Assembly (NCBI RefSeq): GCF_016432865.1
Contig: NC_067401.1
Coordinates: forward strand, 37,200,001-37,264,000
Direction of reading: 5' to 3'
Source: Antechinus flavipes
Lineage: Eukaryota
DNA length: 64,000 nucleotides
Both the position numbers and the translations under genes were made by a program. This document shows positions 27,521 through 37,283 of this stretch, piece after piece (the stretch's first letter is position 1; the number at the start of each line of letters is the position of its first letter). The notes under the pieces were generated by a model that did no database searches, was not told the origin of the DNA, and was given only the letters and a program-made list of their open reading frames with translations.

Positions 27521-29399
27521 GGGAGACCTGACCTGGTTGTAGAAAAGAAAATAACAGGAAAAAGCAGCACTCTCAATGAAACCATTGGCCTTAGAGGAAC
27601 GGTTTCCAAACAAATACAGCAGCATTTTCATCATACATTTTTATATAAAAATTAAATTGACATGGCTCCCTTTACACTTTTAAAAAATTCTCTTTTATTA
27701 TAAATTTAACAAATCAACAATCATGAACATTTCATCATATAAAGAACAGAAAAGAGGATATATATGAAACTAAAAATTTTATTTAAAATGTATAGTAAAT
27801 TACCATAATAATATCAAAATTGTTATGCTATTTATTTCCCTTTCTGAATTTTCTTCTGTTCTCCCCTTTATGTTGTTTTAGTTGCTCTTTAATTTTCCTT
27901 CTTTTATTTTTGCTTCACTTTACACATCAATTCTTGTTTTTCCAAAAGAACTTTTCCCTTGTAACCCAAAGGTTACTATATATATTATATATGTATATAA
28001 ACATACATACATAATACATATATGTATATGTACTATATATAACTAATTATAGTTAAGCAAAAGAAATAGGATGTCAGTATCTAAAAATCTCCTTTCATCC
28101 TGTAGTCCATCACCTCTCTGCCTAATCACAGATAGCATGTTTTGCCATCAATATCTTAAAGGCATAATTGGTCATTCCACAGTATTCTTAAGCCTTTCAA
28201 GGTTATTTTTCTCTACATGATCATAATCATTGTGTGCATTTCCCCCTTTTGCTTCTATTGACTTGAGTCTGAACCAGAAGCAATTGCACATGATAGCATA
28301 ATATTCAATAAACTCAAATAAAGCCCAGTACCTGGGATGAGGATTGCTCATTCAGTAAAAGCTTCTGGAAAAACTGGAGAGCAACTTGACATAAACTGGG
28401 TTTAAATGAACATCTCACATTATATACCATAACAATAATAATTAGCATTTATAAGTACCTTAAAGTTTCAAAGCATTTTATAATATATCATTTGACCATA
28501 ACAATAATCTTGGGAGATGATAAAAAGATGATAGAGTCAATGACAACTTTTGGAGGGAGTATGAGAAGAAAAACAAACTAAGATACTGTTGCTGAAACTG
28601 AACTAAGCTTGACTATGCTTATTTGTTATAAGGGAGGACTCTTCTGTGTGTAAAAGGGTAAAGAGGGAGTGATAAAAGGGAGTGGGAAGTAGTGGAAAAA
28701 AAGAATGTCATCGATATATTTTTTTTAAATACACAGAAGGTCCAGAAAGGGAAATATACAAATAGGGCAGTTTTGAAACTACTGTGTTAAATTTAGCATC
28801 CTTCTTAAAAAAACACACGCAAAACTAAGCAATATGTAGTAGAGATTTATAGTTTTGTGAATTTCACAATCCTCTATTTCTATTCATTGTATGCAGAAGT
28901 GCTCATATTTGTTCATATTTTTTGAATTCACAATAAGAGAAGAATTTTAACAAATACTAGATGCAATGAGAACAGGAGATCATGTCTGGAAACTAATCTA
29001 TGTACCTCTTCTGAGCAGAGGGAGTTGTTCTAGATAAAAGAGTTCAACTCAAAATAATAGAGCAAAAAGGGGCCTCATAGCCAAAAGGCTTGAAGGAAAT
29101 TTTTTTTGTGTCAGAAATGGACATCTTGTCTCTGAAAAGGGTAGAAGTTGAATCTTCTACATCAACAAGAGAGAACTTTCCTATTAATAGAATTAAAAAT
29201 GATATTTTAAATGAAAAAGGAATATTTTTGCTATAAGTGGGACTAATACTAGCTCCACTGCACCAGAGAAACACTTCTTGGGGCAAGACTAGGATCAGGT
29301 ATAGCAAACCATTGGCCAAACTTAAGAATTTTCTCAGAAAAGGACTTATGTCCTTTTCAATGATGAGGAAACAGATTAGCTATATTTAATTATGTAATT

Positions 29400-29645
29400 A
29401 ATTATAGCTAACCTTGATGTTATATTTTAAAGGTAAGTATTTTATATATAGTATTTCATTTCATAACAAAAATAATTCTATTAACCAGGTACTATTGTCA
29501 TCCCATTTTATAAATAAAGAAACTGAGGCTGAAAGATTAAGTATTAGTCCAGGGTCACATAGCTAGTAAATGTCTGAAGGAAGATGTGAACTTCTTGAAT
29601 TCATGAATGGGGCTCTGTCTACTGTGCTAATTAGATAGATACCTA
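29400..29645 (-). mobile_element. MIR-family SINE inserted in the EBLL
   Basis: MIR core (cccattttataaataaagaaactgaggctg...agggtcacatagctagtaa). Confidence 0.75.
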
Positions 29646-29997
29646 GGCATTTAACTTAGAAAAAAGAACATGCTAACGGAGGGCAAATGGCTGAAGGGCT
29701 TGTAGGTGACCTGAGTTCTTCCAAGCTTAAAATCATATGGTGGATTTGTGTGCACCAACTTGAGAAGTATTTGGGAGGTGATGGAAAAGCATACCAAGCA
29801 CTTGCTCCATTCACTGAACCAAAATTTCAGCAAGGGCAGTCAGGTTGAAAAAATGGTAGGAAATCCCTTTACTTTTGTAATTTAAATGAGCTCCATATTA
29901 TCGAGGATATTAGAGAAAGGAAAATAAGACCTGAAGAAAACAACATGACCAGGTTTGAGATACAATTGAATAGACATAGACTTTTACAGAACTCTTA

Positions 29998-30490
29998 GAA
30001 TCAGTCAAATCAAATTAAGTTATCAAGTATTTGTTAAGCACTTTCTATGTGCCAGGTACAGTGCTAAGTCTTGTGGGTACAAAAAAAAGAGACAAATAGT
30101 GAGAGCATTCCAGGCATGGAAGACAACTAAACAAAAGGAATGGAACTGGGAAATAGAGCATTATGGGTGAAGAGTAGCAAGAGGGCCACTACCACTGAAT
30201 AGAAGAGTATGTGAAAAATAGCTAAACGTAAGACTGTCAATGTAGGAAGGTTAAACTGAATGAATGATTATATATTTGATCCTAGAAGTCATAGGGAGCC
30301 TTTGTAGTTTACTGAGTGAGATAGAGAGTAACATGATCAGAGCTGTATTTCAGGAAGATCACTTTGACAGCTGAGTAGAAAATGGACTAGAGTGGAAAGA
30401 GACCTAAGGCAGATAGAAATCATTGAGTAGGCTTTTGAAATAGTCCAGGTATGAAGTGATGAAGGCTTGCACCAGAGAATGGGGAAAAAG
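29998..30490 (-). mobile_element. L2 fragment inserted in the EBLL
   Basis: L2 3' end signature (aagtatttgttaagcactttctatgtgccagg) followed by L2-like body. Confidence 0.65.
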
Positions 30491-31255
30491 TTACACAGTG
30501 GCTATGAAAGTTCCCACTAGAAAGCTCCATCTGTGAATAGATCAGAAGTATCCTCAGGAGTATTTGCTTTCTATGCAAGAGGGCCATAATAAAGGACCAG
30601 AGCCCAAAGAAGAGCCTTAAAGCAATCTAGTAATAGTGGGAATGGGAGTAATGAACATAGATAAAAAAGGAAGAGAGATGGGACAAGGAAATGGAAACCA
30701 CATCAGCCTAATATACAAACCTTACCAAGAGCCAGCAGTTGAAAAGATCAAAGTACCTTCTATACAACCACAAAGAAAGTGGCCAAATATAACTTAGATA
30801 TACTCAAAAAGTGCAGCCTCTATGCAAAATTGAGGTCAACAAGATCAGTATTAGAAAAAGGAAATGAACCAAGGAAGGATAGTACGTATGACTTTATCAT
30901 TGATTCCTTCTAGATCTATTTCCTTTTTATTTATTTCAAAAATAAGTATTTGTTTTCTAACCTTCCTACCTTCCTTCCTGTTAAGGGACAGGTCAATTTT
31001 CTGAGAGCCTCCACAGCTGTAGATCATAACATCTCTGGAGTTGTGGGGCCTTTCCTGACACAGGTGTTGCGGACTGGGAATGAGATAAATTGGAGGCAGA
31101 GGGAAGAGGAGAGAGGTCAGACAACACAACAGCCTCTAGTCAGAGAGGTCAGAGAACAGCAACTGCCTCTCAGTGTTCTTGTTTCATCCTCTTGCAAGAG
31201 GAGATCCATTCTGGGTTGGATCTCCAGCAGCCACTGTCAGGTGGCTTCCATGTAT

Positions 31256-31676
31256 TCCAAAAAAATTGGAACTCAAAAATCTTATAATGAATGCTGAAAA
31301 TTATCTTTACATATAGAAATCAAATATTATTTACAAAAGAAAGAAAGAAAAAATATGCCACAATCCACATTCTGAGTTTATTATCTCTCTGTTGGGAGTG
31401 GGAGGTAACATGCTTTTTCATCATTCTTCTGGAATTGTGATCAGCCGTTGTATCAATCAGATCCCTTGAGTTTTTCCAATATCATTATTGGACAAATTGT
31501 TCTCCCTCTTCAATGTAGTTCACTAAATATCAATTCATACAACTTTTCTCAAATTTATTTGAAACTGCTCCTTTTGTTTTTTCTTATGACACAATAGTAT
31601 TCCATTACAATCCTACATCACAATTTATTCAGCCATTCCCTGATTGATGAAGACTCCTTAGTTTCTAATTCTTCTT
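31256..31676. mobile_element. L1 3'-end fragments inserted in the EBLL
   Basis: Marsupial L1 3'UTR/ORF2-end text (cacaatttattcagccattccctgattgatg) on minus plus a short plus-strand tail. Confidence 0.7.
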
Positions 31677-32523
31677 GTGTGCTTACTTCTTCTTGATTTA
31701 CAAAAGTCTACAAAAAGATGTTGGTGAAGACTGAGGATATAGAAGATATTGATCATCCAAATGGTGGTGTATAAAGGACTATTGTGTTCCAGATGTTCAA
31801 GTAAAGACATCTGAGAAAAACACCTCTACAGATTTTGAAAGGGCTTGAAATTGGAGAACTAAATGGCAAAAATGACCTATGTCTGAGATGCATCAAAGTG
31901 AACTTGAAATATTCCAGGGAAATTGTTGTTGGCAAGAGGACAGTAGATACTGTGACTTTCCAATGTCCAGATCACTGGGATGTCAATGCTGACTCCAATC
32001 AATCCCAGTGCAGTTAAGATACTATCAGGACATAAACATAGCAAATAGTATCCAGTCTGTCCCTCTTTTACTATCCATGCAGTCTGTGTAAAGATCTATA
32101 GGAGAACAGAGGCAAATGGTGATGGTGAACATCATGAGATGTCTTCTTGTTGAAGATAATATCAGAATAGTGGAAGAATTGATTGAAGCACACTCTCAAC
32201 AAGAGAGCAAGTGCATGAATGGGATGTGAAATGTGATTTAGAAACAACTTATAGTTCACTGGCTTTAGGAATGACATAGTAAGATTCCTTTGCCAGGGCC
32301 TGATGGACTCAGAGACCATTTTAAAGACTTTTTTTTTTCATCAGTAGCATCATCAAAGAGTCTAGGAGCCCATTGGTATTGACAAAGATTCAAAGTGGAC
32401 CAGTACACTATGCCAAAATGTTTTGGATTGTGTCAGGCAGTCAGTGGTTCTTCATGTTGTTTATGTAGTAGCTGCTAGCAGACTTTTATATGGAGGAAGA
32501 CAAAGAAAAGCCTGCTTTCATCT

Positions 32524-32722
32524 CTTCAGATAGATTTTTTTCTCAACAGTATTTTATTTTTCCATGTAAAGATACATTCATTTCTGTAGACTTTGTGTTC
32601 CAAATTTTTCTTCCTCCTTTCTTACCTCTCCTCTCCCCAAGAGAGCAAGCAATCTGATATAGGTTAAATATGTGCAATCCTTTAAAGCCTATTTCCATAT
32701 TTGTTATTTTGGGCAAAAAAAT
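32524..32722. mobile_element. Short SINE/L1-tail insertion in the EBLL
   Basis: Same repeat family as text at ~5900-6070 (gcaatctgatataggtt..atgtgcaatc). Confidence 0.55.
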
Positions 32723-32934
32723 CGATTTTTTTCACCAGGTTAAGGAGATTCCTCAAAGCATCTGGTGGACATCTGCGTTTTTCCCAAAGACTGATTGGAA
32801 GGAGCTGGAGATGTGAACTACTCAGAAATGCTGGCAAACATCATTGTTTTAGGAAAGATCCTTGAAGAAAGACAGAATAGAAATGACAAATACTGGGTTG
32901 ATTAGAGGAAACATATTCATATGATATGGATTCA

Positions 32935-33640
32935 AGACTATCCTTCATCATACTGACTGATTTCCTCTGAACATTAAAAAAATTATCAATATCCATAAAC
33001 TGTGGTGCTCAGATCTGAACAGAATACTGCAGATGAGATTGATGAGGGTCGAGTATAACTATTGTATTCTTAATTTTGAAAGCTATGCTCCTCTTAATTC
33101 AGCACAAAAAATTTTTAGTTTTTTTTTTTGGGGGGGGAGAAGGAAGAGTGTTACTCTATCCCTCAGTAGATTTCCATTCATCTGGCACTAAAATTTTCAT
33201 TTTTTCAGAAGAACTATTGTCTGATGTTTCCTATAGATATGAAGTTGCTTTTTGAATTCAAGTGCATGATTTTAATTATTCTTTTTGTATTTCATCATCT
33301 TAGACACCACCATTAGATCCACCATTTTGAGATCTTGAATCCTTATTGTCATAAAACACTTATTATCCCCTCTTATCTTGGAATTATTTGCAAATTTAAT
33401 GAGTATGCTATCTATGCATTTATCCAAATCATCCTTAACAGCATTAAATATTACAAGACCAAACATATATCCTTAAGTCACTATCCTGGAGACTTCCTGT
33501 CAAGTTCATTTTGAACCATTACTCTTTGAGTCAGGCCTTACAACTAGTTCTGAATCTCTCCAACTATACTTTGATTGAGTAAGCATCTCTGTTTTCTCTA
33601 CATGTTGTTTTTGTCACTAATATGAACTTTTTTTCTTTTC
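32935..33640 (-). mobile_element. CR1/L3 LINE fragment (RT region) inserted in the EBLL
   Basis: Minus ORF 33272-33466 reads FGLVIFNAVKDDLDKCIDSILIKFANNSKIRG, resembling CR1 RT (LGPVLFNIFINDLD...KFADDTKLGG). Confidence 0.8.
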
Positions 33641-34924
33641 AGATGGGGAAGTTGAATTTGAAAATATCCAATAATTCTGGTCACTGCTTTACACTTATAC
33701 TTCTCCCAAAGAGTATCATTCCCTCTAATCGGAGGAAGGTGGTTCTCTATAATTGGGAAACTCTGACATAAGATCAAAAGGCATAAAGATGAGTCTTGTT
33801 TTTGCCACTTATTAAGTTTAAACCTAGACAAATCACTTAATGACAATAAATGGTAATTCTAAATAATTAATGGTATTATTAATGATGTTAATAATAAAAG
33901 TGGTGTTTCTAAGAATAAATATTTGTTAATAAAAATAAATGGCATTAATCTTAGTTTACAAAACTCTTAAAAATATTGTTGCATTTGAACACTCTGTGAT
34001 ATAGAAATAATGCAGATCTATCCCTGTTAAAAGATAAACTCTTTGAAGTTAGGATCTGTATATATGTTTTTCTTTCTTATCACTTAAGTCTAGCATAATG
34101 TCTATTATTATTATTTTGGTTCTGTTTCCAACCTGTGATTTCATTAATAAGGAAACTCCTGTCAAAGCAGATTAACAACTACTTGAAAACTCAGAGTACT
34201 GGAGATTGGTCTGGGAATAGTGTTAAATAAAAAGTAGTTTTCAGAGATGAGACCAGAACCCAAGTCTTTTCACCATAAGTCTCAGTTTTTTTTTAATGAA
34301 TGAATTAGACATAATAATACCAATTCTATCTACCTTAAAGAAATGATGAGTCTCAACTGATATCATAAATATCATGTGAAAACATTTAAAGAGACTCTGT
34401 CATAAGGAAGTTTACTTTTAAATTGGGATAGAGCTATATTAAGCACACCATAGGATTGTTATAAAGCTCAAATACAACAATATTTTTAAGAGATTTGCAA
34501 ACATTAACATAAATATAATTTATTATTATCAATCATAGATGTCAAAGTTTTTTGGAACTTTAAACTGTTGGTTTAAAACTTTTGGAACTGTTAATATCAT
34601 TGCATAAGAAAGCAAGCACAGAAATGGGACCAAGAACAGGAATCACCATTTCCTGTTCCCATTCATTGTTGCCATCTGTAACAACCACTTCCACAAGAAC
34701 CATGCAAAGACTAGAGGTTGTTCCTCTGGGAACTAGTCTCCTTGAGATGCCAGAGAAAAGATGGGAAATCAACAGATCCAATGTCTACCTCTCACTACCT
34801 GTGAAACCATGAAAGAGTCATTTAACCTCTGTAGGTCACTGTTTCCTTATTTACATGGGAAGAGGTTGATTTAGATGATCATGAAAGACTCTTCCACCTC
34901 TTAATCTTTTTTTTTATATGGTAT

Positions 34925-35072
34925 TTTTTTTTTTTTTGAGAAGCAATTGGGGTTAAATGACTTATTCAGAATCACATAGCTACTAAGTATTAAGTGTCTG
35001 AAGCTGGATTTGAACTCAGGTCTTCCTAATTCCAGGGCCAGTGCTCTATCCTCTGAACAATCTAGCTGCCCC
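34925..35072 (-). mobile_element. WSINE1-like SINE
   Basis: T tail then reverse-complement SINE body ending ctagctgcccc. Confidence 0.8.
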
Positions 35073-35109
35073 TACATGTACAACCTTAAGATAGAGGCAA
35101 TTAGTTTTT

Positions 35110-35197
35110 GCTTCGGCAGCACAGATACTAAATTTGGAATGACAGAGAGAAAATGAGCATGGCTCCTGAGAAAGGATGACATGCAAATTAGTGAAGC
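35110..35197 (+). pseudogene. RNU6: U6 snRNA retrocopy (pseudogene)
   Basis: gcttcggcagcacagatactaaatttggaatgacagagagaaaatgagcatggctcctgagaaaggatgacatgcaaattagtgaagc aligns to U6 with multiple substitutions, including in the ACAGAGA region. Confidence 0.9.
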
Positions 35198-35410
35198 TAC
35201 AGATAGTTATAATATCAAAGCAGCAGTAATGTTACATTAAATACTCTTTTAAATCAGTCATCAACATAAATCTCCTTCTGATTTCATTTTGAGTTTATTT
35301 TGTCGGTTTCTGCTATTTCAAGTTCACCACTTCCCCCTTAGCACCCTTGTCACTCTTACATACACATTTCTCCTCTCTATATTCTCCTACACCCCCCACC
35401 AATTCTCCCA

Positions 35411-35562
35411 TGATGAAACTGCACTGCAATTCAGCCCTTGACACCAACTTTACATTTCCTGGGCTGATTTTTCAGTGCCCAACTCTCACTATGACATCAA
35501 AACTACCCTGGAATTTCCATTCCCTTTCTGTTCCTCCAATTGCTTCCAAAAGCCCATATAAA
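35411..35562 (+). promoter_or_regulatory. Promoter of chemokine 1
   Basis: TGATGAAAC 35411-35419, TGACATCA 35492-35499, NF-kB-like GGAATTTCC 35510-35518, TATAAA 35557-35562. Confidence 0.75.
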
Positions 35563-35651
35563 GAGAGGGTTCAAGCATGAGACAGAGAACAGATCTCTAG
35601 ACTCTCTCAGCCTGTGTCCTGATCCACCAGCTCCTCTCTCCTCTCAGGATC

Positions 35652-36975
35652 ATGAAGATCTCTGTGGCTGCCCTCTCCATCCTCATGGTCATGGCCTTCA
35701 GCTCTCTGACATCCTCTGCACCAAGTAAGTGAGTTTTCTCCTGCCTTCTGTGACTGTACACAGGCTTTAATCACAAGCTGGACGGAGCCCCAGTAGAGGT
35801 TTAAGGCCAGTTAGATCATGAGGATTTAGTGAAGATATGGAGAGGGAAGTCTGGTGGGGAGGGACAGAAGCAGGCATATTGGACTTGACAATTTATGCTG
35901 GCTTACATATAAATTCAAGATAGGAGAAAAGATCAAAAAGGGCAGTAGATTGGGTTCTAGTCCAACATGGTTTTAGTTCTGGCTCAGTCACTAAACACCT
36001 GCAGCAAGTGGTTTTCTCAACAAAAAAACCTTTGTGGAAGTTGGATGGACTGATCTCTGACATCCTATGCAGCTCTAATTTTTCTCCATGGATTCTTTAT
36101 GAAATGGGAACAGTGGGTCGGACTCTTTTATACACAATGAGAATCATAGCTGGCATAGAAAGAACCAGGGTAAGGGAGATAAGAGAGATGACATCCACAT
36201 CATGTTTGATGGGAAACGTTTTGTGGGACATAGTTAGCCGTTAAGGAATGTATAGTATGAACATATGATCCTAATTTTATGCTTCTCTTTTCTCTTCAGT
36301 AAGCTCTAACCCTCCCACCTCCTGCTGCTTCTCCTACATTAGCCAACAGATCCCCAGAAAATTTGTGACAGATTATTATGAGACCAGCAGCCAGTGCTCC
36401 CAACCAGCTGTGGTGTGAGTATCTACTTACTCATTGTCTCTAGGAAATAAAAAGAGAAGAGAATGGAAAGAGGGAATGGGGTCATTTGGCAACTTGGTCA
36501 AATGAAAGGTCAGGTAATAGAAATTAAATCTGGCTACAAAGGAGTACAGTAGTCCATGTTGTCCCAGAAGAAGGTTGTCTCCCCAGGAAGCAAGGTGGAG
36601 AATTAGTCTCACCCTGAGGGACAATACTAATCTGATGCAACAGGAATTTGAGACTAGGGGAAAGGCTTTTTCAAGAGACTCCTTATTAGAGAGATCCTTA
36701 GAAAGGAAATGGTTGACTCAAAATAACCAGAGGAATGATGCAAAAGGTGTGGATTGTTCTTTAAACTCTTCCAGAAGTCTACAGGAACTTATAAGTGTTG
36801 TACATGGGGGGAACACAAAAAACTATCCTTCATCTCCAGATGAAAAATTCATTGGCCTCTTATCTCCCCTTTTTATTCACTTTACAGGTTCCTGACTAAA
36901 AAGGGCCGTCAGGTATGTGCTGACCCTAGAGATGACTGGGTTCAGACTTACATAGATGACTTGGAAATGAACTGA
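35652..36975 (+). CDS. CC chemokine 1, CCL4/CCL3-like, 3 exons, 91 aa
   Basis: Exons 35652-35724, 36300-36414, 36888-36975 (GT-AG, 73+115+88). [91 protein letters not shown]. Confidence 0.96.
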
Positions 36976-37277
36976 GAGGCTCAGAAACTTTGGAAAACGA
37001 ATCCTAAAGAAAAATGATCCAAACCAGGAAACTCTGCAGTTGGATGAGATCGTTCAAGACTGAAGTCTTTCTGAGATTGACTTTCCCATTATAATTCTTT
37101 TTTTTTGCCAATGATATTTAACTTATTATGTAAATTATTTGGTGACATATTTGAGTATTTATTGGTAATATTTGTATTTCTAGAGGGCACTCGTCTCCCA
37201 TGGGGACTTCTAGTAACAGCCAAACTTCCACTCTTTAGAGTGTTGTGGCTACCTTCTAGATTCTGTGAATGGCTGTC

Positions 37278-37283
37278 AATAAA
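37278..37283 (+). terminator. Poly(A) signal of chemokine 1
   Basis: AATAAA after an ATTTA-containing 3'UTR. Confidence 0.7.

Larger units (their letters stand above)
29117..34740 (+). pseudogene. Endogenous bornavirus-like L (RNA-dependent RNA polymerase) element, EBLL; decayed and TE-interrupted, ~N-terminal half of L
   Basis: About 15 colinear peptide blocks match BoDV-1 L as recalled from memory (window vs virus): INR 29183; FCYK/FCLK 29226; ELHI/ELHI 29888; IRPEENNMTRF/IGPKRLGNMSLQF 29924; FYTTTKKVAKY/YFTIIKSIFPY 30758; FPDTGVAD/FPEIRMVD 31051; ILGWISSSH-RWLP/IKGYVSKNAKWPP 31208-31250; FTIHAVCVKIY/FSKQTLAIRIY 32067; LKHTLNK/LTHLLNR 32183; TGFRNDIVRFLCQGLDGL/NGFRPELQAPICRQLDQM 32258; WIVSGSQW/WTILTSCW 32424; GKHHCFR/GKKLFFR 32833; TLILLPKSI/TLCLVGPSI 33691; LELLISLHK/LALLQTLIK 34582; LEVVPLGTSL/LSLVTDPTSL 34711. 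Many stops and frameshifts. Confidence 0.8.

Noticed and set aside
26871-27655. Long ORFs (188-254 aa) across 26.9-27.6 kb
   Set aside because: They run through Ns and GA low-complexity sequence.
31180-31200. HPLAR peptide resembling filovirus nucleoprotein
   Set aside because: Isolated 5-aa match; the surrounding frames fit bornavirus L colinearly and no other NP motifs follow.
32734-32760. G*GD resembling RdRp motif C (GQGDNQ)
   Set aside because: Spacing from WIVSGSQW and the overlapping frame (LRRFLKASGGHLR...GKHHCFR) place motif C earlier, at ~32496; probably coincidental, although not excluded.
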